The notes under the pieces are model-generated. The model was not told the origin of the DNA, ran no database searches, and was given only the letters and a program-made list of their open reading frames with translations. This document shows positions 49,250 to 61,010 of a DNA stretch of 64,000 nucleotides, in pieces. Numbering within the stretch: position 1 is the first letter of the stretch; each line of letters starts with the position of its first letter. The stretch is taken from NCBI RefSeq assembly GCF_947568905.1, contig NC_079170.1, positions 85,064,001 through 85,128,000 of the forward strand, given 5' to 3'. A program made the translations under genes and the position numbers. This DNA comes from Ostrea edulis (Eukaryota).

Positions 49250-51129
49250 GTCAATTTGACTTTTCAAAATAAGGATGATATGAATCCGTTGATGTTGATT
49301 AAGTAGGCTGCGGGTGCATGAAAGCATGAAAGAGTGTATGATTTTCTTATTTTAGACACCTCTTTTCAGACTATTGCCACTAAACAAGGAGTTGCAATTA
49401 ACAATTGTTCATTCAGCTACTTGATTAACACATGTATAATTAATCTAGGTCATTAATTACTAAAACTCCGTGTGCAGTGCCCGCGTGGAGCCCCAACATT
49501 TCAGTAATTTATGCGAATGAATTTATGTGAAGATTCCCACCTATATATATGTGGAAATACGCAATGCTGGTACATGGCAACAACACATTCTAATTTGAAA
49601 TTTGTTTTAATTACCGACAAAATCCCCCAAAAATTCCCCAAATTCGTCGTGAATAATTGTTTTTCGAGTTTCAGAAAAAGTGAATGCCTATGTGAACTGT
49701 AGATTTGTTGTTCGTTATCATCAGCTGCTATGTATCAAAATAATGTTTATGACCTTCGTTGTATATGTTCACATATTTTAATCAGAAAACACTGGTTTTA
49801 AGAGTCTTTTCAGTTATAGCTGATAAATAAATTTTCAAATAAATTTACCTTCGAGAAAAAAAGTCAGATGTTGATTTAATACAGCTTTACATGTAATTTA
49901 ATAGGGGCATTTGGCGTGAAACAGAATACACATACAAACAAAAAAATTCCTAAATTACGATAAAGTAAAAACAAATACAATACAACAAAAAACAAAACAA
50001 ACGAAATGGCAAAAGACAAAGCAAATTGATGGTAATGTTGATGGAGACGGAGTTAGAAAAGGAGATCTGTAAAACGTTGTTGTTGATTACGAAAATAAAA
50101 CTTCTGATCTAGGTTCTTTCATGAATGAACGGTAAGTAGAAATTACGAAATCAACGATGGTCTATGCGAACGTTTGATGACGAATTTCATCATTTTTGCA
50201 GATTTTCAAACTTTGAAATGAGGGGTAAAATTAAAATTAAAAAATGCATTGATGGATATGTGTGTAAAGTTCCTCGTATGATTATAAACATCAAGACATA
50301 CTGCACTTACTTTAAAAATCAGTCCAAATTCATGGCGTCATACAAATTGATTAAAATGATTGAAGACGGTATTTTTAATTAAAATATCGCTTACAATATT
50401 TATGTATGATACACAAACGCACTTTTGTAAAACCTAGGTTATTATATGAAGTAAGCTTTTGCTGCTTATTGATTTCAAATTCAGTACATTTTACCTGATC
50501 AAGATATAGAGCTCACTGCGGGTGTAACCGCTCGACCGGGGATCACCCTAGGCAGCATCAGGTATTACAGGTATATCCAGGGGTCCATGTTTGCTCAACT
50601 CTCTAATTCGTATCCCTGATAGGAGTTATGAGATTGTTCACTGACATTCCATTGTGACTCCCTACTCCATACCTCATATCATGCACATCCTGTAGCAAAG
50701 GGATTGGTGTATTTTTTAGAATGTGACTAAAATAATTATTTGGAATTCTTTGTTTGGTTGACGTCCCTTTGAGATTGTTTACCCATATTGAGTTATCACT
50801 AGCTGTAGGTAAAATACCACAAATTTAGACCTATGATTAAAACCCAGGGCCATAGCAATACTTGTTCGTTAACTGTTATAACCTAATGTGACACGGGACC
50901 TCAATATGTAAGATGCTGTCTGACAGGCCTGTGGTTCTCAATTCTAAATGCCAAATGTTTGTCAAAGCAGCAATCACTTCATACACCTACGTTTTATGTT
51001 TGACACAGCCACGCCACGAACAGAACTAGCAACCGACATCCGATATCTCGTTACAGACTTACAGTTAAGTTTTGCCAATAGTCATATAATGCTCACTTAT
51101 GGTTGTATAATGTTTGCATATGGCCGTAA

Positions 51130-51345
51130 AATGTTCGTATGTGGTCGAACGATATTCACCAATGACTAAACAAAGCTCGCCAGTGACTGCACAATGTTCA
51201 CCAATAAATGCACAACGCTCGCTAATGACTGCAAAATGCTCACCAATGACTGTGCAGTGCTCGCCAAAGAATGTACAGTGTCCACGTGTGGTTTTGCAGT
51301 GTCCACGTATGGCCGCCCATTGCTCGATTATTGCCGTCCAATGCT
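51130..51345. repeat. Degenerate 21 bp minisatellite, ~10 units (ctcgccaatgactgcacaatg-like)
   Basis: 21 nt periodicity; explains the repetitive ORFs 51114..51368 and 51194..51400. Confidence 0.85.
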
Positions 51346-51359
51346 TACAACCACTAACA

Positions 51360-52385
51360 ATGATTTGAAAAAGAACACTGACGAGAAATGGAGTTGTTAA
51401 ACGTTTAATCTGGCCTTACAACCACTGATGGTGCTTGGGATAGCCTTACCCCGTCCAATATCTCCTCAGAAACCAGAGGGAAAAAGAGTAGCATGGCAAT
51501 TGGAATCAAAAGCGAATATACTACGTTTAAAAAAAAACGGGGATAGCAAACTTTAAGCTGACTGGTATTTCAATTCTCTAAGAATCGGTATTCATTACTA
51601 GACAATGTGGTTTTGGATTTTTCTATTTAATACCCTAGTTATTTTTTTTTTCTTTTACTTCCATACACTCAAAAATATGTTACAGGTTTACAACCGATTT
51701 CTCTCTTTACATTAAGTTGTAAATGAAACGGATTAAACAAGTGTTATCAAAGTTTAATTCTTAAAATGGATCTTAAAATCATTTATCATGAAAGGTGAAG
51801 ATAACGAACAGTGTTCAATTTCATAACTCCTATAAGCAATACAAAATAGAGTTGGGCAGAGATGGACCCCTGAACACACCATACAATGCTACATATCAGA
51901 CAATGTTATATCATCATCAAATAATAGTTTAGAGAATAGCACACTGTATTTTATCCCTGTCTTTTTATCAGGGTACATCCAAATATTCTCCGCTATCTCT
52001 ATATTGATAGTATGCATCTGGCAGTTTGTAAAGAAGGATGGGGTGACCGTAATCAAATAAAAAGAGTGACTACAGTAATCAAATAAAGAATACCATGGGA
52101 TGCTTACTCCTCCTAGGCACCTGATCCCACCTCTCGTGTGTCCAGGGGTCCGTGTTTGCCCAACTATCTATTTTGTATTGCTTGTAGGAGTTATGAGATT
52201 GATCACTGTTCGTTATCTTCACCTTGCATTATCCATATCAAGCAGAATGATCAGAACAATTTCTGTGAATGTAGTTTCAAATAGACCGTGCATGTATTCA
52301 TTTAAACTTTAGGGACATTGAACAAAGGTCGTCAAGAACACGTGTGAATTGACTTCACTATACGATACATTGGACCTCTCTTTCC
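51360..52385 (+). pseudogene. Partial duplicate of TIMP-A intron 3 plus a frameshifted, truncated exon 4 (52313..~52385)
   Basis: Colinear with ~43250..44130. ttt ag|GG ACA TTG AAC AAA GGT CGT (GTLNKGR) then TCELTSLYDTLD, versus GTLKEGR…RCEWNSQYDALD in TIMP-A. Confidence 0.8.
52096..52230 (+). mobile_element. Naiad-type 3' tail inserted in the TIMP-A duplicate; other copies at ~50490..50645 (+), 51788..51880 (-), 52738..52820 (-)
   Basis: gggatgcttactcc…caccttgcat. The paralogous site in TIMP-A intron 3 (~43960..43980) is empty. Confidence 0.9.
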
Positions 52386-53767
52386 AAAAATAAAGTGTGA
52401 CGTGATATTCAACTAAAGTCACGGGAAATTGTCATAAGGGGACTTTACGGTGGCTAAGTCACAGTGAGTAGTATTGTCTCGGTCTTTAACTGTAACGATT
52501 GTAATCGTACTTGTAATTTCATGAAAAAATCCGTGTGCATTTTACAATGGAAGCCCTTAACCTAAGAGCTTCTCTTTTCATACAATGGATTTGCCACAAA
52601 TATCCATCCGCGGTTGTGTTAAATTCAACGCTCTTTCTAAACCTTGCAAATCTGCACATATTTTGAAATTGATTTTATCATCAAATTTCCGTGTACACAT
52701 ATTTAAAAATTCTATTTGATTTTATTCATGATAGTATCTATGAAAGGTGAAGAAAACGAACAGTGATCAATCTCAGAACCCCTATCAGGATTACAACATA
52801 GAGAGATGAGCAAGCACGTCTATATCCTAAGATTTGTTTTCATAATCAACAAATCAAAACGTTTTACGAATCTTATTTTCTAACTCTGCAACAACATTCA
52901 TCATTTTTCTTTGTATGTTGGGGTTTTGGTTCTGTTTTGTATTGTATTGCTGTTTGTTATATTTATTTTGCTTGCTTGTTTTGATTTTTTTTTCACAATA
53001 AATGCCCCTCTAAAATATGTATCAAATCATCATCTTACTTTTATTCTTGAAGGCAAATTAATTTGATTTTTTTTTTATCTACTAGCACTGACAAAAAAGT
53101 GTCAAAACCATTCTTTAAGTGAGTTTAAAATTTGCGAACTTTGTCATATACAAGAAAGATCATCAACATTATTTGATATATTACATTTTCAGTTTAAATG
53201 TAGATTCACATTTTCTGAAACTCAACATTGAATATCTACGTCAAATTTTCTCTGAGAATTGTGTTGGTAATTAAAACAAGTCTCAAATTAGAACGTGTCC
53301 CTGCCATAAACTAATATTACATAAACCGTTTCTCCATATTTTCAAAGGTGGGACTCCTCTCGTTAATTAAATCGCTTAAACAGTTAACGTATTGGCTCTA
53401 CACAGGGCACTGCACCTGAAGTCTTATTAAATCTAACGTAAATGAATTATGTAGACGCTAATCCAGTAGCAGGAAAACACATGATTAACTGTAAAACATT
53501 GTTCAGTGGTAATGGTTTGAAAAGTGATGTAAGGAAAAAGAAAAGTATCATCTCTTTCATGCTCATCCTCATCTTAATAAATCAACGATAATGACTTACT
53601 ATCATCATCATTGTTATTATTATTATTATTATTATCATTCATAACAATATTGTAATTATATCAAATGGTGCAGTTGACTTCAACTGTCAACTTTATGCTA
53701 TCATCTGACCTGAAAACCTTAAACTTAGAATATACTTCAGGTTGATATATCCTCATGTGACTTATCA

Positions 53768-55440
53768 ATGCAAGGTGACGATAACGAACAGTGATCAATC
53801 TCATAACTCCTACAAGCAATACAAAATAGATAGTTGGGTAAACACGGACCCCTGGACACACCAGAGGTGGGATCAGGTGCCTAGGAGGAGTAAGCATCCC
53901 CTGTTGACCGGTCATACCCGCCGTGAACCCCATATCCTGATCAGGTAAACGGAGTTATCCGAAGTCAAAATCAGTGTGCCAAGAACGGCTTAGCAATCGG
54001 TATGAAACACGTCAGACAGCATTTGACCCAATGCGAGGTTATATTGACGAACTAGATCGTTATAACGACCATAGAATTTGCGAAATGCTGACTTCAATCG
54101 AGACTGTTGAAATCCCTGTACCATCAACTTGTTTGTCAGTAGCTTACCTCGATTTAAAAACTGACTATACGCAGAACAAGCTCTTGCATATCGAATCAGT
54201 TGAGATATATAAACACCATATGCAGGTGATAATGGAATATTGCTACATAAATGTGGGAAGTTGACGATGGAGAAGCTGAAATCATCCCGTTTGTCATACA
54301 GTTGAGTAGTTAGTTTGCCGTTAATGTCTACTTTCAATAAAATATCTAAGTATGAAGCAGAAGTGGACGACTCTGTGGTGTCCTTTATTTCGAGCTCACA
54401 GGGATATATCAAATCGACATATGAATGAAAGCTATCATTGTTAATAGACAAAACGGCATCGATATATCTAAAAGTAGAATTGAAGGCCACAGCGAGAGAT
54501 TTTTTCTTCTCACGTAGAAGTTTTTGAATAAATTCTGCTTCATATGATTATAAAAACAGGTCAGCTAACAAAGGAGCACAATTCGTGCCCATGGGAATTT
54601 CAACAGACTGTTGGAAGACCTGATCACCAAAGACCACGAATATATTGTCAATGAAGAACTCTAGCATATTTTTTATTTCAACTTCAGAGTACTTGTGCGT
54701 GGAATCAGAGTGGTGTTTAACAAAGTAAGTTTTTGAATGACTGATCACTAGATATGAATATTTCCGTTTTCTGTTTTTGTTGAAGAAGCAACTGTCTATG
54801 ATGTCAAAAAGTCTAGTCTTTAATTTATCGTGAGGAATGGTCGTGTATAGTGTTGAAAAGTCATAGGTTTTAATGCTATTGATTTGGGAAAAATTCTGTG
54901 ATTTCAAGTTTACTAAAAGTTCTTTAGAATTTTTTAGAATCCACATTTGATTAACACCACTTCTGGCATATGTAGTCGCACAGTAAGTTTGAAGTTTCTC
55001 CTTCACAGCTGTTAACATATTCGTGAGGAGCAAAGATAGGGGCTTGGTAGAGCACTTACTGGATCCAGCAATGTATCTTTGTTTGTAAGGGTTTTTATGT
55101 AGTTTAGGAATCCAGTATAGGTACGGTAACTCATATTCATTCGACCCATTGACTGGAATATTAAATGTGTCTAAAACTGAAGCATGGTTTTGAAGAATTT
55201 CATCTTTTGAAAGGGCAGTTGGAGTATAAGTATGATTACCAAAAGTGGAATTAATGCCAAGTTCGTTTAAAATACAGTTGTAATAATGAGCCTTACACAC
55301 AAAGACAATGTTGTTACTAGCTTTTTCAGCTGGAACCAAAACATATTCCTCATGTAACCTATCTAATTCTTTTATCACTTCTGGTTTGCTAAACACAGAA
55401 TGAAAGATAGTACGTACTTTTGTTTTCATGTGTCTAATAT
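53768..55440 (-). mobile_element. 5'-truncated Penelope-like retroelement (Naiad-type: RT is C-terminal, no downstream GIY-YIG), inactive copy
   Basis: ORFs 54548..55477 and 53990..54490 are one frame broken by a single TAA (DLFL*SYEAEF). Motifs VPAEKASNNIVFVCK, LYWIPKLHKNPYKQRYIAGS, YDFSTLYTTIPH, IPMGTNCAPLLADL, YIDAVL (catalytic DD changed to DA). Ends …FHTDC* followed by the ~220 bp 3' UTR. Clade assignment is inferred from domain order. Confidence 0.85.
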
Positions 55441-55684
55441 CAATGACTGAAAGTGCAAAAACCCATTCAATATACACTAGTTAAATTTGATCAACAAACA
55501 AAGAAAATGTGTATGTTGCCACATTTTTAAAGATGTCAGACATAAAAAAAAAAAACGGAAATATATGTCAACATCAGAAAATTACACATTTTCGTTATTC
55601 AGAATAATTAAAATAGATAAAAAGTTGTTGAAATGACAAATTTTAAATGTCAACCGTTTTAAAAAAAACTGCTTATTCATGAAT

Positions 55685-55805
55685 GAAATATGAAGATAAC
55701 GAACAATGATCAGTCTCATAACTCCTACACGCAATACAATATAGATAGCAAACACGGATCCGTGGACACACCAGATGTGGGATCAGGTGCCTAGGAGGAG
55801 TAAGC
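55685..55805 (-). mobile_element. Naiad-type 3' tail immediately upstream of the long copy
   Basis: gaagataacgaacaatgatcagtctc…tcaggtgcctaggaggagtaagc. Confidence 0.8.
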
Positions 55806-56676
55806 GAATATAATAATTATTATATAGCTAATAAATAGTTTATTATAAACTCTGCGTAAAATCAAGAGAATGTTAGCGTTCAATATCCTCAACATTTTGT
55901 GAACGCTAACTTTACATTGCGTAAATTGTATGCGCCCGAAATATTCCGAGTAAGAGCGTTCAATATTGACGTTACCGTAACGACATAAATAAGCCAAAAT
56001 GGCAGACGACGGTCCTCCGAATCTGACAGAGCCGGTATTTGATATTTACTTCAGTAAAATGTACTATACATAAATTATGATGTTCCCATTTACAAAATCA
56101 GTTTGCTTCATGCATTAATGACGGGTTGGATATTGAACAGTTACGAAATGCATGCTGTTATTGAACACCTTCACCTTAGATGCCAATAATGATGAATTCT
56201 CGTCTATTTTGGAGTAGTTTGAGTGAAAAGGGATATAGTTTAACAACTAAATATTTTAGCTATATAATAAAAGGGTTATTGAACTTATATAGGTGAATAT
56301 TGGCACTCGTTGGCTGTCAAAATGCCCTCGCAAGCTCGTGCATTTTCACAGCCAACTTGTGACAATATTCACCAATATATGTTCAATAACCCTATAGTAT
56401 AAATTAATTGTGGGTATTGGGGAAATAATGTATAATAGACAAGCAGTAGATGAAATACCAACATAGGAGTTAGTGCCCTTGACAACATTTTTTTTAAATT
56501 ATGAATAATTGATTATCTATGGAAAATATACACGTTTTTCGGTATCAACAGAATTTTTTTTATTTTATCCAGTGATTAGAATTCCTCTGAAAGATATGTT
56601 CTATCATGCGCAAAGTTTAATTTAATAGATATCTTTGCAAAATTTATGACATCACATGAGGATTGATAAACCTAAA

Positions 56677-56994
56677 GGGGGTACTCTACATCGTCATAAT
56701 GGCTGACTTCCTTTTAAAACATGGATGAAAATATAAATAACAGCAATATTTGTCTATTCATTTAAAGAATCATTGCCTAGTTGAGTAGCTAAGTAGGTTA
56801 GCACGTCGACTGCTGAACTGTAGATCGCTGGTTCGCGGCCAGCAGGGGTTTTAATTTTTTCTCAGATTGATATCAACTAAAACTGCATTTTGTGACTAAA
56901 TAAAGTAGATTTGAAAGTTTTCAATTTCAAAATATTGTTGTACATATTCTCCACTTTTTACCCATATAAAATTTCTCTGGTGTAGCATACCTCC
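56677..56994. mobile_element. Kolobok-type (TTAA) MITE 1 with internal tRNA-like cassette
   Basis: taaa|gggggtactctaca … tgtagcatacctcc|ttaa. A box-like TAGCTAAGTAGG (~56786) and B box-like GGTTCGCGGCC (~56830). Confidence 0.6.
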
Positions 56995-57117
56995 TTAAGT
57001 CTAAATTCAAATTCCAACTACACAAATGAAATTTTCAGCATCACATGCTTGCATCTGATTGTTTTATACGAACCAATGTTTTTGTAAAAATATGTGCTGG
57101 ATAATTCTTACGATTAA

Positions 57118-57442
57118 GGTGGCTCACAACATCCTGAAATAAATTCTCAAATCAGAACGAATTGATTTAATCATAAAAGATATGATGATATAAAATAAAG
57201 GCAGAAAATATGCAAATTTGGATAAAAACATGATTTTCAAAAAAGCATTATTTCAACACATATGAACGAAAGACTGTCGGATTTCAACTCGATATATGCG
57301 GTACACCAGTCAATGCTTTAACCACTGAGCTACGATGATAAACAAAATAATCGATCGATATAAATAATTTCACAAAACATTAAAATCGCCATATTGTGAC
57401 GTAGGGTCATAAAGAGTATAAGCTTTAGTGTAGTGAGCCACC
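57118..57442. mobile_element. Kolobok-type (TTAA) MITE 2 with internal tRNA-like cassette
   Basis: ttaa|ggtggctcacaac … gtagtgagccacc|ttaa. On the - strand: A box TAGCTCAGTGG (57322..57332) and degenerate B box GAGTTGAAATCC (57279..57290). Confidence 0.75.
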
Positions 57443-57580
57443 TTAAAGTGATTGATCAAAAGCTCGCCTAAAGGCTATTTTCAATTTATTGTGTACCGTC
57501 TTGAGGCCAGGTCTTATGTTTCTGTGAAAATCATTTCGAAATTACAGCCACTCTCTGAAAGCGAAATCCGGTTTGGGGAG

Positions 57581-57590
57581 TATATATATA
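57581..57590 (+). promoter_or_regulatory. Candidate TATA-like tract (TA)5 of TIMP-B
   Basis: tatatatata lies ~60 nt upstream of the ATG; TSS unknown. Confidence 0.35.
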
Positions 57591-57641
57591 TTGGAGTTTT
57601 ATGTAAAAATTACATATCGTGTACATTTTGAACAGCCTGCC

Positions 57642-59386
57642 ATGACAAAACTGGTGATTTTCTGTGAAGTGTTTCTTGCGTTGCTGGTCTATTCTGAAGC
57701 CTGTTTATGTCCGTCTCAACACCCACAAACAAAATTCTGTAACTCGGAGTTTGGTATGTTAATTTCATTTTCAGTTCGAATAATCAATCACTCAACGTTA
57801 CTCTCTTGTGATTTTCAATAATCATTATAGTAAGAATTATTAAAAAGCCAATCATACATCCCACATTAATATTTGATTTCAGTCGTAATTCACTTAATTT
57901 GATGGCTAACATTCTTATCATATTTTTTTTCGATCAGTGGTCCAAGCCAAAGTCTTTAGTCGACAAACGTTCAACAGAGAAGGCAACGTAGTTTATACCG
58001 TGAAGATACTGAAGGATTTCAAGGTAATATTTTCATCACAATAAGATAAGATTTCTGAAACACTGTACCAGCATCTGTGTCAATAATTTGCCTGTTATTT
58101 CATGAAAACAGGTATTGTGATTAACAACGGAAGAAAAACTCAAAAGAGTTACGTTAAGCGTCATATGGAATTTCAATTACTTCTCCCTCAGATTTATTTG
58201 AATTTTATTTGTAACATATTGAATATATGTCTGAGATTTAATCACATCAAAATTTTTAAAATCTAAAAAATCTAAAAACAAAAAATAGTGAATTTAAGTA
58301 GATAAATTTGTAATTGTTTCAATGTGGTGTCTAATCCGTGTTTATTTTTTCATTTAAATAATTTATGTGTACCAACTTATGCGTGGTGTCTGCTTCACTT
58401 AAACTGTGTTTTATGTAGTATGCAATTTTTGATACATGTATTAGGTTTTTCATAATTGTTTTATTTATTTGTCTATGATGTATGTTTTAATACATTGTCA
58501 CCAGAACTGTTATGTATGTGTGTTAATATAAGTGAACTTTGCTTATATCTAATAATTATATGAATTTTACTGATAATATGTTAGTCCAAAGCTCTGCGGG
58601 GATGATTTCTCATGTTTTAAAATACTCGATAAATAGAAACAGTTATCTTATCGTAATTGATTAATAGGTCTGAAACTGCTGTTATCTTTAAGATAATTTT
58701 GAGGTTCATCAAACACATGTTGTCTGTTTATATGTTGTAGAATGACACTCGACAATATTCCAAAACACAGAAAATATACACCAGTGCTTCTAGTTGTGGA
58801 TCAGACTTCGAATTAAATGAAGAATACATTATATCTGGTAAACTGAATTCTTTATATAAACATTGCAACTGTTTTATTTACCACATAGTATCATTTCCTT
58901 CCCATTGCTGATTGACTATTATGATAAACAAGAACAGGGCATAATCATGAAATGGATATCAAAATGCTATTTTACTGTTCAGCCTACTGATAAATTTATT
59001 TCGTTTTTTTTTCAGGTACCATTAACGGACAAAAATGGAAAACCAGCAAGTGTTCTTGGAATACTAAAACATCTTTTCTCACCAAATACCAAAACACCGC
59101 TTTGAATCATGGTATCTATAAGAACAGTTGCAGTTGTAAGGCAGGTTATTTTCTAAATGAAATGAAGCTGAACTTCAATTTCACAGATAAACTTTGAAAT
59201 ATGTCCATGTCTTCATTTTTACAGATTATAGAATGCAGTTTTAGCGGAATACCATGTTCACAAGAAACCAAAGGGGCCTGCGTGATTCGATCCGGATCGG
59301 ACGTCAAATGTTGGTATCAGAAAAATTCCTGCAGCTTGACTACGATTGGTTGTGGCTGGAGTTCCCCTGTCTGCCCAAGACCGTGA
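57642..59386 (+). CDS. TIMP: Tissue inhibitor of metalloproteinases-like protein B (193 aa, 5 exons; GC-AG intron 4)
   Basis: Exons 57642-57753, 57938-58023, 58741-58837, 59016-59140, 59225-59386 (582 nt, in frame). Signal peptide, then CLCPSQHPQTKFCNSEFVVQAK…TSASSCG…SKCSW…YKNSCSCK|IIECSFSGIPC…GCGWSSPVCPRP*. Exons 3 and 4 (97 and 125 nt) equal those of TIMP-A. Confidence 0.88.
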
Positions 59387-59659
59387 ACACTGTGGATACC
59401 TACCTTGATAGCGGAGGGAAGCATGGAGAAATGCGTCTGCAATTTGAACTGTCTATTTTGAAAATGTCTTTAAGAAAAGACTGGGAATCCCGTATGCATA
59501 ATAAATATTTTAGATTTTCATATTTTGTGCTGATGATATGTTTTTGTTGATATCACTTCTGTATCTTCAACTACAGCTGATGAGAATAGATCGCTATTAT
59601 TGATACACTCGTGATATCGAAATAGTTTTTGTTACAATATATTTGTGAAGATAGATAGT

Positions 59660-59905
59660 CTATTTTTAACGTCCCTCTCGATATTTGTTCACTCATATTA
59701 GTACGTCACCATTGTCAGTAAAAGGCTGCAAAATTTAAGCTTATGCTTACGGCCTTAGGGCAGGGAGGATTCTTTATCGTGCCACACCCGCTATTATACG
59801 GGACCTCAGTTTTTGCCGTATCATCCGAAGGACAGACCAATTTGTTCTCCTCTTACGACAAGCAAGGGACACTGGGGAACTATTCTAAACCGGATCCCAC
59901 AGGAC
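59660..59905 (-). mobile_element. 3' part of a tRNA-derived SINE (related to 10931..11237); another fragment at ~50745..50910
   Basis: tttaacgtccctctcga…ttcactcatat…cgtcacc…acgggacctc shared with the other copies. Confidence 0.65.
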
Positions 59906-60009
59906 AATTCATGAAGTAAACTATTGAATATATCATTTCGTTATTATAAATATAGATAGATTAGAAAATTCACTTATATATCTACTTTTCTAATCTCACT
60001 TAGGAATGT

Positions 60010-60545
60010 CTGGATGATAGATAAAGATAACGAACAATGACAAATCTCATAACTTCTATAAGCAATAACAAAATAGAGAGTTGGGAAACACGGACCCCTG
60101 GATATACCAGAGGTGGGATCAGGTTCCTCGGAGGAGTAGGCATCCACTGTCCATCGATCGGTCACACCCGCCGTGAGCTTGATGTCTTCATCAGGTAAAC
60201 GGTATTATCAGTAGCAAAAATCAGTATGCCAAGAACAGTTTAACAATTGGTAAAAACACGTCAGACAGCATTTGACCCAATAAGCCACATGACAGTGATG
60301 TTTGAAAATATATCTTCACGCATCATTGTAACTCATGGCCAAAATGTAGGATCCTCTCCCATTCTGAGAGAGATATATATATAACTACATCTACCCACAA
60401 GCAAGGTGATGGTACAGGGGTTTCAACAGTTTCGATTGAAGTCAATATTTCACAAATCATGTGGTCATTATAACAATCTAGTTCGTCGATACAACCTATC
60501 ATTTGGTCAAATACCGTCTGATATTAATTGGGTCAAATACCGAAT
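60010..60545. mobile_element. Naiad-type 3' tail (-, ~60010..60295) and an oppositely oriented RT C-terminal fragment (+, ~60395..60545)
   Basis: ORF 60406 MVQGFQQFRLKSIFHKSCGHYNNLVRRYNLSFGQ matches the end of ORF 53990..54490. Confidence 0.8.
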
Positions 60546-60604
60546 GATGTGGCATATTTATAATTGTGAAGAACTAATTTCAGTTTTAAACTTTTCGAGT
60601 TACT

Positions 60605-61010
60605 GTCCAGAAACCATATTTGTATGACGTTTTCAATCTATTTTCGGTCACTGTGACCTTGACCTTTGTTCTCCAAAATCAATAGGGGCCTTGCTTTGCT
60701 GGTATCCAACAATATATCCAAGTTTCATTTGATTCAAATTTTAAAAAATCGAGTTATCCTCCGGAGACTAAATTTTTGGGGAATTTTAAATTAATATTCG
60801 GTCACTGTGACGTTGTCCTTTGACTTTTTTCTCCAAAATCAATAGGGGTCTTCCTTACAGAGCATCCAACAATATATAAAAGTTTTATTTGATTACATTG
60901 TAAACTTTTTGAGTTATCATCCGGAAACCAATTGTTGACCCCCAACCGCCCGCTCGCCCGCATCACCAAACGAATAGGCGAGTTCAACTTCGTTGCAACT
61001 CGGCTAAAAA
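60605..61010. mobile_element. Helentron-associated non-autonomous element with two ~153 bp tandem core units
   Basis: Units start ttcggtcactgtgac at ~60643 and ~60796, followed by a (ccgc)-like microsatellite and a terminal hairpin gcgagttcaacttcgttgcaactcggc (60978..61004). Confidence 0.65.

Noticed and set aside
53768-53990. Hammerhead or HDV-like ribozyme in the abundant Naiad-type tail
   Set aside because: No CUGANGA + GAAA pair on either strand (the closest is GTGAAGATAACGAAC, with no stem II), and no GG for HDV P1.1 before the candidate P4.
54548-54550. In-frame stop in the Naiad-type RT as selenocysteine recoding (known for some clam Naiads)
   Set aside because: The codon is TAA at a conserved Tyr position (LFLYSYE), not TGA, and the catalytic YIDD is also mutated to YIDA. 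This is simple decay.
56783-57335. Functional tRNA genes (also SINE heads at ~11170..11237, ~23270..23330, ~4470..4545)
   Set aside because: A and B boxes are present, but no complete cloverleaf with an acceptor stem could be built; all lie within mobile elements.
58863-59105. ORFs 58863..59105 and 46116..46394 sharing QVPLxDKxGKPASVLGI as a separate gene pair
   Set aside because: They are off-frame readings of TIMP-B exon 4 and its pseudogene copy.
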